Assembly: GCA_963799485.1 (NCBI GenBank)
Contig: CAWCXJ010000005.1
Span: 1-64,000, forward strand
Reading direction: 5' to 3'
Length of the DNA: 64,000 bases
Origin: an uncultured Trueperaceae bacterium
GTDB taxonomy: Bacteria; Deinococcota; Deinococci; Deinococcales; Trueperaceae
This document shows positions 18,488 through 27,702 of the stretch, piece by piece. The notes beneath the pieces were generated by a model. It was given only the letters and a program-made list of their open reading frames with translations. It was not told the DNA's origin and ran no database searches. Position numbers and translations under genes: made by a program. Within the stretch, counting starts at the first letter, position 1, and each line of letters begins with the position of its first letter.

Positions 18488-19303
18488 ATGTTAAAAAGTA
18501 CTCATGCGCCTACAGATTCAGCTCATCCTTTTAGCATAAAACGTATGACAAACCTCGAGCAGCTCTACTGGCAGCTACCCTACGAACTGCGCCGTACCCT
18601 TTTGAGAACGGCTTTTCCCGCTCGTTATCACGAACTGCAACTGCTGCGGCAAAGTGCGCCTGAGGGTAGGGCTACCCTTCGCCCTTTTGTCGAGAACAGG
18701 TGCATCTTCGTTCACATCCCTAAAACAGCCGGGGTTTCTGTCAACACGGGGCTTTTTGGTAGTAAAACCGGGTTCCACCGAAAAATCTCGAGCTATCAAG
18801 CTATCTTTAGCCAGCGTGAATACAACGACTACTTCAAATTTGCCTTTGTGCGTAACCCCTGGGACCGCGTCGCTTCAGCTTATCTTTTTCTCAAACAAGG
18901 GGGTTTGCACAGTACCGATCGGCACTGGGCCGAGAAACACCTGGCACCCTACGCTACGTTCGACGCTTTTGTCCGGGGTTGGTTGAAACCTGAGAACGTC
19001 CGTTTGAAGCACCATTTTATACCTCAGGCCGAGTTTATCTGTTTGCCGGGTAAAGCTGACACTGAACTCGATTTTATCGGTACTTATGAAAATCTGCGCG
19101 CCGACTACGACCACGTGCGGGATGTTTTAGGAACAGGCAAGGCGTTGCCGGAGAAAAACGTCACGGCGGGCAAACAAAAGGACTTTCGCTCGTACTACAC
19201 GGCTCAAACGCGGGCCATCGTCGCGGACGTGTACCGTAAGGATATCGAGCTGCTGGGGTACACGTTTCACGAGTATCTGCCGGTGCAGGCCGACAAGCGG
19301 TAG
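18488..19303 (+). CDS. Sulfotransferase family 2 protein
   Basis: 5'-PSB FVHIPKTAGVS, 3'-PB FAFVRNPWDR, HFIPQ; start may be a later Met (MTNLE). Confidence 0.85.
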   Translation: MLKSTHAPTDSAHPFSIKRMTNLEQLYWQLPYELRRTLLRTAFPARYHELQLLRQSAPEGRATLRPFVENRCIFVHIPKTAGVSVNTGLFGSKTGFHRKISSYQAIFSQREYNDYFKFAFVRNPWDRVASAYLFLKQGGLHSTDRHWAEKHLAPYATFDAFVRGWLKPENVRLKHHFIPQAEFICLPGKADTELDFIGTYENLRADYDHVRDVLGTGKALPEKNVTAGKQKDFRSYYTAQTRAIVADVYRKDIELLGYTFHEYLPVQADKR

Positions 19304-19549
19304 CAGCTCTGCGCGGTCGCCCGTGCTTACCGGGTCAGACCCCAAGCTGCAGCTACGGTGTCACGACCTGAGCGCTACCGCAACCGAACTCGAGCTGCTC
19401 CGTCTGTAGCGCTTTGGTGCTGCGCCAACCCAAGCAGATAGCACCTTGTCGAAGCCGGGTTGCCAAAACCCCTCAGCCGTTACCGCGTGCAAATCCCGGT
19501 TGGGCACACGAACTTCAAACCGCTTTGTGTCTGAACACCGCCCCTGCCC

Positions 19550-20707
19550 TTACCCAAACCCGCGCAGCCGCAGCGGTATTTGAGGAAATCCGTGCGCCAC
19601 TACCGCCGCCAGATAACGGCTGAAGTCTTGGGTCGTCTCACCGAGTTGCAGTGCGTGACCAAGCTCGGTGACGCGCTCCTGGGCGGCGGGCGCAGCGAAT
19701 TCGCTGAGTCTGCGGGTGAGCTGAGCCGGGGTCGGCACGTAAGCGCCGAGGGTGCTGCGTTCTAGAAACCGTACCAGCTTGGCCTCGTTGAGACCGGCGT
19801 AGCTCGAGACCAACACCGCCCTACCGACGGCGAGCGCCTCTGCGACCGACGCCGGCCCCGCCTTCCCGACCACCAGGTCGCACGCTGCCAGATAGTCGGC
19901 TACCCGGTCGGTCAAGGCGAGCGCGCAAACGTTCTCCAGTGTGTCCAGGCGCGCTTTAAGCGCCTGGTTACGCCCCGTCATAACGATCACCTGCGGACTC
20001 AGGGGATGACTCAACAGTGTTTCGATAACCCTGTCGGTGTGCTGCCCGACCCCCTCACGGCCTAACGACACGAGGCACGTCAGGCGGTCGGCTAAACCCA
20101 GCGCACGCCGCGCCGCTTCTTTGGTCGGTGCGCGCAGATACGCCTGCTGTACGGGATAACCGATGAGGTCTATCTTGTGCCCCGCGACGCCTAAACGCTC
20201 GAGATCGCGCAAGGCGCCCCGCGAGGGTACCGCCACGCGCTCGGCGTCGGGCTCGGCCCAGAGCGCGCTCGCGTCGAGCACTTCGGTCATAAAGGTGAGA
20301 ACAGGTAGCCTCAGGCCGTAGCGCCTTTGCGCCCGCGTCAGGGCGATGCTGACCCAGGCGTGGTTGGCTACGACCAAAGCCGGCCCTAAGGCGCTGAGGT
20401 GAGCGGCGGCGCGTCTGGCAAACGCGTCCAGCAAAAGGCGATGACCGTGGTTGGTCAGGCCCGGAAACGTGTCGAGCAGGCGCTGTCCGTAACGCGCGCT
20501 CCACGGATGGGTCAGCATCCAGGCCCAGCTCGCCTTGTGCCGCGCGTCGCGCTCACGTAGGCCCAGGTCAAGCATATAGTCTGAAATCGTCGTCTGGAAC
20601 GCGCCGGGATAATAGGTTTCCAACCCTTCAGCCATCGCTTTAGCCGTAGCGACGTGCCCACCACCCGCGGCAATCGTGGCGAAAAAGATATGGGGTTTGG
20701 CGTTCAC
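19550..20707 (-). CDS. MGDG-synthase/UgtP-like glycosyltransferase (GT28)
   Basis: GGGHVATAKA at the N-terminus, GRN, DLVVGKAGPAS; start overlaps the upstream stop. Confidence 0.82.
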   Translation of the reverse strand: MNAKPHIFFATIAAGGGHVATAKAMAEGLETYYPGAFQTTISDYMLDLGLRERDARHKASWAWMLTHPWSARYGQRLLDTFPGLTNHGHRLLLDAFARRAAAHLSALGPALVVANHAWVSIALTRAQRRYGLRLPVLTFMTEVLDASALWAEPDAERVAVPSRGALRDLERLGVAGHKIDLIGYPVQQAYLRAPTKEAARRALGLADRLTCLVSLGREGVGQHTDRVIETLLSHPLSPQVIVMTGRNQALKARLDTLENVCALALTDRVADYLAACDLVVGKAGPASVAEALAVGRAVLVSSYAGLNEAKLVRFLERSTLGAYVPTPAQLTRRLSEFAAPAAQERVTELGHALQLGETTQDFSRYLAAVVAHGFPQIPLRLRGFG

Positions 20708-21675
20708 TTTAAGCTTGCGACCGTTCGCGCCAGGCCTTCTTGCCAGCTGAAGCGGGGTACGTAGCCGAGTTCACGCGCCGCCGCAACGGTGGAAAAATGC
20801 ACGTCGCGCCGCATCAGCGCGCCCCGGTAGCGGGTCAGGGGAGGTTCCGACCCTATCCCCAAAAGCCCGTAAGCCTGTTCTACGGTTTCGCCTAAAGGTT
20901 CGCTCAAGGCTCCCGGCAGGCTCAGGCGTGGCGGGGCTGCGTGTAAGAGCCGAGTGAGTTCGGCAAACATCTCGTTCCAGCTCGGCGCACCCTCGTCGGC
21001 CAGTACATACGTTCGGCCCGCAGCTTCCGGTACCGTCCCCACCAGCCACAAACCGTCCACCAGATTTTCGCTGTAGGCCGTGTTGAAAACGGCACTACCG
21101 CCGTCTACCAGCGGAAACAGCCCCTTTTTAAGTGCCCCCGCGACGCGCACGAAATTGGGGTCGCGGGGGCCGAAAGGCCACAAACCGGGGCGGACGATAA
21201 CGGTTTCCAAAGCTGCACTCGTCAAGACATCTTCAGCTGCAATTTTTGAACGTGCGTATGCATTGATAACGCCGTCACGCGGTCTTTGCCGAGGGTCGGC
21301 GTCCCGGAAGCCGCTGTAACGGTGGACGGCGACGCTCGAGACCAGCACCAACCGCCCCACCCCGGCTTGTTCCGCCTCACGCAAGACGTTTCTTGTGCCC
21401 TGCACGTTGACCTGCTGAAAGGTCTTTGCGGGGCCGTAATCGGCGACCTTGGCAGCGGCGTGATAAACCAGCGCTACACCGTCAAACATACCGCCCAGCG
21501 TTTCAGACTTGCTGATATCGGCGCGGACAAGCTCGAGCCTGTCCGCGACACCCGCCAGCTTGTCCAGCCGCCCCCAAGGACTGACCAGAGCCCGCACCGC
21601 CGCGCCCTCAGCGAGCAGCTTTTCGACCAGGTGGCTGCCGATAAAGCCGTGTGCGCCCGTGACCAGCACCTTCAT
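20704..21675 (-). CDS. NAD(P)-dependent extended SDR / epimerase-dehydratase; candidate ceramide reductase (CerR-like)
   Basis: VLVTGAHGFIG, HAAA, YARSK catalytic motif; context next to spt and the GNAT. Confidence 0.8.
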   Translation of the reverse strand: MKVLVTGAHGFIGSHLVEKLLAEGAAVRALVSPWGRLDKLAGVADRLELVRADISKSETLGGMFDGVALVYHAAAKVADYGPAKTFQQVNVQGTRNVLREAEQAGVGRLVLVSSVAVHRYSGFRDADPRQRPRDGVINAYARSKIAAEDVLTSAALETVIVRPGLWPFGPRDPNFVRVAGALKKGLFPLVDGGSAVFNTAYSENLVDGLWLVGTVPEAAGRTYVLADEGAPSWNEMFAELTRLLHAAPPRLSLPGALSEPLGETVEQAYGLLGIGSEPPLTRYRGALMRRDVHFSTVAAARELGYVPRFSWQEGLARTVASLK

Positions 21676-21699
21676 ACCGTCACCATACACGCCGTAAAG

Positions 21700-22380
21700 T
21701 TACCAGAGTAAGCCTTGCCGTCCCAACACCGACGCGTCCGTCACCAGCCCAATCACGAGGTGGAGCAAAATAGGCCAGACCAAAGACCGGGTACGGAGCG
21801 CTAGAAAAGCGAACAAAAAGCCAGCCGGGAACGCCGCTAGTACCTCGGTCGGCGGTTTACCGACGTGAATCAGGGTGGAGAGCAGAACTTGCGCCCAGAC
21901 GGCGGCGGCGAGTCCCCAGCGGGGCTCGAGCACGCTCAGCATAAAACCCCGGTAAAAAAACTCGAACGCCGCGTAGTAGAGCGCGTACACTCCGGCCCAC
22001 GCCACAAAATGCCAAACCGACAAGCCCGGCCACGCTCCGGCCCAGGGATACGTTGCCTGCAAGCCTGGGTTACTGCTCCCCAGATAGATAACCCCTGCGA
22101 GTAGCACCCCAAGTCCTATAGTCAGCGGCAGGCCGACACGCCATCTGCCGAAGGTCAGCGGAATACGTTTCAGGTCGCCGCGCCAAAAGAGCAGGGCAGC
22201 CGGGATGAGAAGCAAAAAAAGGAGCGCCCAGCCGATATTGACGAGCGCCGCCGGCAGCGTTCGCGGCGCGTTACTTAGGAGCGCCGGCCCCGGGCTGCCG
22301 AGGTACCAGTAGCCCACCTGAACGAGCACGGCGGCGCTCAGGTAAAGGTTAAGAGACGAAGCGTAGCGGCGCACGAACAC
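21700..22380 (-). CDS. CPBP (CAAX/Abi) intramembrane protease family protein
   Basis: EFFYRG, HVGKP..E, RTRSLVWPILLH; GTG 1 nt after the upstream stop. Confidence 0.8.
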   Translation of the reverse strand: MFVRRYASSLNLYLSAAVLVQVGYWYLGSPGPALLSNAPRTLPAALVNIGWALLFLLLIPAALLFWRGDLKRIPLTFGRWRVGLPLTIGLGVLLAGVIYLGSSNPGLQATYPWAGAWPGLSVWHFVAWAGVYALYYAAFEFFYRGFMLSVLEPRWGLAAAVWAQVLLSTLIHVGKPPTEVLAAFPAGFLFAFLALRTRSLVWPILLHLVIGLVTDASVLGRQGLLW

Positions 22381-22381
22381 G

Positions 22382-23509
22382 CTAGAGCGGTTTTTGAAAA
22401 AGCCGGTAGGTCTTGTAGAGCGTCGCGCCCGCCGCCGCAATGCCTTTGTTGATACCGTCGTTGTCTTCTAGAATCCACGAGCATTCGCCGCGCATGTAAC
22501 CTTTGGCCCGCGTCCGTTTGATGACCTCGTCGATCAAGACCAGCTCGAGCCCCTTGTTCCGGTGTTCGGGGACGACGCCCAAAATCGGCAGCCGCGCCTG
22601 AGTGATGAGGCGTTTGCGGTTTAGGTAGTGAACGAAGCCGAACGGCAGCAGCCGCCCGTTCATCTTCTTGAACACCTGATTGGCGTCGGGCAAGACGAGC
22701 GCTAACCCGGCGACCTTCCCGCCCAGCTCCAGAAAGATCACCACGTCGGGATCGATGATCAGTTTGAGTTCGGCGGCGAGGTGATCGAACTCGGCTTCGG
22801 TGTAGCGGACAAAGCCCCAGTTGTGCTCCCAGACCTCGTTATAAAAATGCTTGAGCACGCCGAGTTCAGCGCCAAAGTGGTTTTTAAGGTCGGGCGTGCG
22901 AACCGTCAAGGGGTAGCGTTTGCGGGCGCGTTCGGCGAGGCGGTGCAAGCGGGCAAAATCGCTCTCGCAGTGGTCGAACAGCCAGGCGTAGAGGTCTTTG
23001 ACCTTGGTGTAGCCGGCAGCCTCGGCGTAGTGCGGATAAGCGGGCGGGCTCGAGGGCATCATCACATAGGGGTCGGTGCCAAACGCGTCAATTTGAAACC
23101 CCGAACCGTCGTTCATCGACGGGTTCACCGGCCCACGCACCGCGCTCCGGCCCCGGCCCTTTGCCCACATTTCCACAGTTGCAAAGAGCGCCTGCGCGAC
23201 TGCCTCATCTTCGGCCTCGAAAAATCCAAAAAACGCCAGATTGTCCTTGTGCGTGGCGTTGTGGTTGTCGTCGTCGATGGTGGCGACGCGCCCGACGACC
23301 CTTCCTGAACGCTCCGCCAAGAATAAGTCGACGACGGCGTGCTGGTAAAAAGGATTTTTTTTCGGGTCGAACCGTTCACGCTCCGACATACGGAGCGGTG
23401 GCACCCAGTGCGGGTCGTTCTTGTAAAACGCGTAAGGGAAACCGATAAACTTGTCTAGATCGCGTTTGCTTGCGACTTGATGAACCGCGACTTCGGCTGT
23501 ATTCGTCAC
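22382..23509 (-). CDS. GNAT-fold N-acyltransferase; candidate bacterial ceramide synthase (bCerS-like)
   Basis: FPYAFYKNDPHWVPPL...PKKNPF, GRVA, FGFFEA, GPVNPS, NWGFV, SWILEDN, KTYRLF; 375 aa; immediately downstream of spt. Confidence 0.78.
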   Translation of the reverse strand: MTNTAEVAVHQVASKRDLDKFIGFPYAFYKNDPHWVPPLRMSERERFDPKKNPFYQHAVVDLFLAERSGRVVGRVATIDDDNHNATHKDNLAFFGFFEAEDEAVAQALFATVEMWAKGRGRSAVRGPVNPSMNDGSGFQIDAFGTDPYVMMPSSPPAYPHYAEAAGYTKVKDLYAWLFDHCESDFARLHRLAERARKRYPLTVRTPDLKNHFGAELGVLKHFYNEVWEHNWGFVRYTEAEFDHLAAELKLIIDPDVVIFLELGGKVAGLALVLPDANQVFKKMNGRLLPFGFVHYLNRKRLITQARLPILGVVPEHRNKGLELVLIDEVIKRTRAKGYMRGECSWILEDNDGINKGIAAAGATLYKTYRLFQKPL

Positions 23510-23512
23510 GTT

Positions 23513-24823
23513 TTAGACGACCCCGAGCGAACGCCCAACACGGTGAAACGACTCGAGCAGCCGCCCCAGCTGCTCACCCGTGTGGTTCGCGTTGACTGAA
23601 GTGCGGATGATGCTGTGACCGGCCGGGACGCTCGGCGGCAGGGCGGGTGTGGTAAATACGCCGTCGTCCCACAAACCTTTCCAGAACGCCATCGTCAGCT
23701 CGTCGTCGCCGGTTAAGACCGGGACGATCGGGGTTTCCGAGCCGAGCGTATCAAAGCCCAGCGCGTTCATCCCGTCCCGAAGCTGCGCGACGTTCCGCCA
23801 CAGTTTTTTGCGGTGCTCCGGCTCGGCGTCCATGATTTCGAGCGCTTCTAACGCCGCCGCCATCTGCATCGCCGGCAGCGCCGCCGTAAAGATAAAGGGG
23901 CGCGCCTTATGCTTGATGTAGTTGACCACTTCGCGCGGCCCGCTGACGAAGCCGCCGACCGAAGCGAATGATTTGGAAAACGTCCCCAGAATCAAATCGA
24001 CTTCGTTCTCGAGCCCGTAATATTCGGCGGTGCCGCGCCCGGTAGCCCCCAAAACGCCCGTCGCGTGGGCGTCGTCGACAACCACGCGCGCCCCGTAACG
24101 TTTGGCGAGCTTGACGATACCCGGCAGTTTGGCGATATGTCCGGTCATCGAAAAAACGCCGTCGGTCACGATCAAACGCCCGCCCGGTTTGTTGGCGTCA
24201 CGCTCTAGTAAAGCCTCTAACTCGTCTAGACTGTTGTGTTCGTATTTACGCAGCGTGCCGTAAGAGAGCCGCGCGCCGTCGTACAGACAGGCATGGTTTT
24301 CGCGGTCGAAATAAAAAATATCGTGCCGTCCGGCAATCGCGCTCAGCACTGCCAGCGAGCCCAAAAATCCGGCGCTAAAGGTCAACGCGGACTCGGCTCG
24401 TAAAAATTCGGCCAAGCGGTGCTCGAGCGCTTCGTGCAGCGTCAGCGTCCCGGTTAAAAAGCGCGACCCCGTACACGACGTGCCGAAGTTGTCCAGAGCT
24501 CCCCGTGACGCGGTTTTAAGCCGAGGGTCTTGCGTCAACCCCAAATAATCGTTCGACCCGGTGATAATCATTTTGCGCCCGTCGACCACGACGCTGCCGC
24601 CGTGCTGTTCGGCAATCGGCTTAAAGTACGGGTGCATCCCGGCGGCGACCGCTTCGTCGGCGCGGGTAAAACTGTAGGCCTTGCTGAAAATATCGCCCGG
24701 TTGCTTTAGGTGAGTAGCGCGTTTGGGCTCCAAGACCCCGACCTGAGGGGGCGCTTCTGAAACTTCGGGGGCAACATCTACATCTATAGGTGCGGTACCT
24801 AGGGTATTCGCTGTGTCTGACAA
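23513..24823 (-). CDS. spt: Serine palmitoyltransferase-like alpha-oxoamine synthase (PLP)
   Basis: GSNDYLGL, GTSCTGSRFL, DGVFSM, DDAH, Spt-type GTFSKS lysine motif, RPFIFTAALP; TTG start after GGAGG. Confidence 0.78.
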   Translation of the reverse strand: MSDTANTLGTAPIDVDVAPEVSEAPPQVGVLEPKRATHLKQPGDIFSKAYSFTRADEAVAAGMHPYFKPIAEQHGGSVVVDGRKMIITGSNDYLGLTQDPRLKTASRGALDNFGTSCTGSRFLTGTLTLHEALEHRLAEFLRAESALTFSAGFLGSLAVLSAIAGRHDIFYFDRENHACLYDGARLSYGTLRKYEHNSLDELEALLERDANKPGGRLIVTDGVFSMTGHIAKLPGIVKLAKRYGARVVVDDAHATGVLGATGRGTAEYYGLENEVDLILGTFSKSFASVGGFVSGPREVVNYIKHKARPFIFTAALPAMQMAAALEALEIMDAEPEHRKKLWRNVAQLRDGMNALGFDTLGSETPIVPVLTGDDELTMAFWKGLWDDGVFTTPALPPSVPAGHSIIRTSVNANHTGEQLGRLLESFHRVGRSLGVV

Positions 24824-25035
24824 AATATCCTCCAGAGCGTCGGTACAAAGAAACTGCAAGAGAACCCGTTAGCTAAACCTCGTTGTCAAGACCTCCCCAA
24901 GGTCTAGTTGCGGCGCTCTCAGTAGCGTCTATCTCTGCACCTCAGCCGGTAGCTACAACTCACCGCCAGCCTCGATAAGCTAAAAATCCGGTGAGGGTAC
25001 CTTTAAGCTGCCTTCACCGGCAGCTTAACCTGCGC

Positions 25036-25065
25036 ATTCTAACCCAAGGGGCTGCCAAACGCCAA
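25036..25065 (-). promoter_or_regulatory. Putative promoter of the spt operon
   Basis: Minus strand TTGGCG-18 nt-TAGAAT; start site near 25030. Confidence 0.5.
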
Positions 25066-25200
25066 CGGTACTACCTTCCGACTGCTCGAAATCTGACACT
25101 GAGCTGACAGCAGGACTTCCGATTCGTAAGTTGCAGACGGGTTTCAACGCACGCCAACCCAGTTCCGAAAAACCGCAAAACCACGTGCTAGGGTAAGCAG

Positions 25201-25275
25201 ATGAACGGTTTTCTGGAGCCTTTTCCGAACCTCTTACCCGGCGTTGCTCGCGCGTCAGCCGCGGGTCGCCTGTGA
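25201..25275 (+). CDS. Putative 24-aa leaderless leader peptide upstream of purQ
   Basis: TG-c-TAGGGT extended -10, 6 nt, then ATG; TGA stop overlaps the purQ GTG. Confidence 0.4.
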   Translation: MNGFLEPFPNLLPGVARASAAGRL

Positions 25276-25988
25276 CGGCGCTCCCCGGTACCGGCGTGCA
25301 CGCCGTTGTCGTCCGTTTTCCCGGTTCGAACTGCGACGAGGACACCGTGTTCGCGCTCGCCTCACTCGGGGCACACGTCACGCAGGTGTGGCACACCGAT
25401 AAGCTCGGTAACGCCGACCTCGTGGTACTGCCCGGCGGTTTTTCGTATGGCGACTACCTCCGCAGCGGCGCTATGGCGGCCCTCAGTCCGGTGATGGCGG
25501 ACGTAAAGCGGTTTGCCGAACGCGGCGGGTTGGTTTTAGGGATTTGCAACGGCTTTCAGCTCTTGACCGAAGCGCGGCTGTTGCCGGGGGCGCTGGCCCG
25601 CAATACCGGACTACATTTCGTCTGTGAACGCGTTCATGCACGGGTTGAACAGACGTCTCCCTTCACTTCAGCTTGCAAACCCGGCGAGGTGTTGACGTTG
25701 CCGGTAGCCCACGGTGAGGGGCGTTTTGTTGCTGACAAAGAGGTATTGGAGGGGCTCGAGCACAACAACCGCGTCGTCTTCCGCTACTGCACGCCAGAGG
25801 GTGAGCTTACGGACGCCGCCAATCCGAACGGCAGCTTGAACCATATCGCCGGAATCGTCAACGAACGCGGCAACATCTGTGGGCTGATGCCGCACCCCGA
25901 ACGGGCCGTTGATCCGCTCTTGGGCGGTACGGACGGGCAGAAGGTATTTGAATCGGTATTTCGGGCGTTGGTGGGGGCTCGAGGCTAA
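25272..25988 (+). CDS. purQ: FGAM synthase glutaminase subunit
   Basis: FPGSNCD, PGGFSYGDYLR, GICNGFQ, GLMPHPER. Confidence 0.96.
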   Translation: MTALPGTGVHAVVVRFPGSNCDEDTVFALASLGAHVTQVWHTDKLGNADLVVLPGGFSYGDYLRSGAMAALSPVMADVKRFAERGGLVLGICNGFQLLTEARLLPGALARNTGLHFVCERVHARVEQTSPFTSACKPGEVLTLPVAHGEGRFVADKEVLEGLEHNNRVVFRYCTPEGELTDAANPNGSLNHIAGIVNERGNICGLMPHPERAVDPLLGGTDGQKVFESVFRALVGARG

Positions 25989-26125
25989 TCCAAAAGAAAA
26001 GATAATCCCAAACTTTTGCAGTGTAAGCTGCAGCTCTGTCATGTTTCAAGCAAGGAAAAACCCCATTGAGGGCTGTTTAAGGCGAGTGAACGAGCTAGGA
26101 ATACAACCGAATCGGCAAGAGCGCT

Positions 26126-27349
26126 TCAGGTTTCCGCTTCGACTCGTTTCGGGAAAACCACTTCTCCCCACGACAGCAAAACCACTAATACCAGCACCAC
26201 CAGCGCAATCACACCACCATAGAAAAAGGCACGGTTGCCGGTCTGTGAGCTGAGTAGACTCGCCAAAGGATAAGCGAACGCCCACCAGAAATGGCTCCAG
26301 GCAAAGTGTGCGCCGTACACCCGGCCCTGGGCGCTTTCGTCGGTGCGTTCAGCCAGCAGCGTTTCAGTCGGCAGATTCACCCAGTTCTGCCCAACGCCCG
26401 CCAGCAGCCAGAACGCCATGAGTGGGGCGAGGCCCGCCACATCGCCCGGCAGGATGGCCAGGGAACTCAGCAGCGCCCCGATAAAGATAAACAGCGTGCG
26501 GGGGATACGCCGACCGATACCGCCGACGACCAACGAAGCAAGGGTAGCCCCCAGGCCGTAGAGCGCCATGACCCAACCATATTCGGCATCTCCAAACCCT
26601 AGCCCCCCTTTGACGCGCACGACGGTAACCACCAGAATCAGTGCGCCGGTGATGGCGGCAACCAGTTCCATCAGGAGGGCGAAGCGCACGGGCGGGTCAC
26701 GCCAGAGCCGGGCGGTGCCGTCGCGCACGTCGCGCCAGCGGTTCGCCTGCACCTCGCCTGTTCGGGCAGCCCGCAAGCTCGGCAGGGTGAGAGTCAAGAG
26801 GCCCGCCAGGACAAATGAGGCCGCATCGAGATAGAACAGATTGCGACCGCCGAAAAATGCTGCTAGCACCCCGGCGAAACCGGGGCCGATAATGCCCAGC
26901 AACTCGGTCGTGGCGCTCGACAGCGAAAAGGCTTGGCCCGCATCGCCGCGCCCGACAACCAGCGGCACCGTCGCTTGGTTGGTCGGCGTAAAAAAGGCCG
27001 TGAGCGCATTGAGCGCAAACATCAGCACGTAAACCTGCCACACCTCCGTGACGAGCGGCATCAGGCCGATCACCACGGCGCGGCCAAAGTGGGTGCTGAG
27101 CAGGATGGTTTTACGTTCCAGCCGGTCGGCCAGCACGCCAGCCAGCGGCGAGAGCAGCACAAAGGCCGTAACGCGCAGCGTCAGCGCGGCCCCGAGCACC
27201 ACGGCGGCATTTGTACCCGCCAGCTCATACGCTAGGAGCGCCAGCGCGACCCAGGTAAAGGCGTCGCCTATCTGGGAAATGGTCTGCGCGGCGTAGAGGC
27301 GAGCAAAGCGGCTGTTGCGGAGCGCGCCAAAGGGCGCGAGCAGGTTCAT
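26126..27349 (-). CDS. MFS exporter, NreB/NrsD-like (possible Ni/Co efflux)
   Basis: Multi-TM MFS, AGVLADRLERK motif A, His-containing GAHFAWSHFWW segment. Confidence 0.7.
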   Translation of the reverse strand: MNLLAPFGALRNSRFARLYAAQTISQIGDAFTWVALALLAYELAGTNAAVVLGAALTLRVTAFVLLSPLAGVLADRLERKTILLSTHFGRAVVIGLMPLVTEVWQVYVLMFALNALTAFFTPTNQATVPLVVGRGDAGQAFSLSSATTELLGIIGPGFAGVLAAFFGGRNLFYLDAASFVLAGLLTLTLPSLRAARTGEVQANRWRDVRDGTARLWRDPPVRFALLMELVAAITGALILVVTVVRVKGGLGFGDAEYGWVMALYGLGATLASLVVGGIGRRIPRTLFIFIGALLSSLAILPGDVAGLAPLMAFWLLAGVGQNWVNLPTETLLAERTDESAQGRVYGAHFAWSHFWWAFAYPLASLLSSQTGNRAFFYGGVIALVVLVLVVLLSWGEVVFPKRVEAET

Positions 27350-27702
27350 GCCGTCACCTCGTCTGCATCGGTGTGATCGGCTAACCCCAGGCGCTCGTGT
27401 TGCGCGTGAGAAAACGCTTCGGTGAGCAATGCTCCCAGGTGAGCATCCGTCAGGCGGTAACGCACGCTTGCACCTTCCCGCTGAAACTGCACCAGCGCGG
27501 CGGCGCGAAGGCTGGCGAGATGGCGTGACACCGTGCTTTGCGGCAAGTCGAGCGCCGTCACCAGCTCGTTGACGCTACGCTCGCCCCGGCCGAGCTGAAG
27601 CACGAGCTGCACCCGTACTGGCTCTGAGAGCGCCTTAAACACTTCGGTGACGCGGGCTAGGTCGTCGGGCTGCGCCTCGGTAGGGATAGGGTGATGCTTC
27701 AT
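27346..27702 (-). CDS. ArsR/SmtB-family metal-sensing repressor
   Basis: FKALSEPVR, SVNEL, QSTVSRHLASLR; His-rich alpha5 region (DAHL...HAQH); stop overlaps the MFS start. Confidence 0.9.
   Translation of the reverse strand: MKHHPIPTEAQPDDLARVTEVFKALSEPVRVQLVLQLGRGERSVNELVTALDLPQSTVSRHLASLRAAALVQFQREGASVRYRLTDAHLGALLTEAFSHAQHERLGLADHTDADEVTA

Noticed and set aside
23513..24823. bioF or kbl annotation
   Set aside because: GTFSKS motif and GNAT/SDR/GT context favour Spt; no bio or tdh genes nearby (not excluded without a phylogeny)
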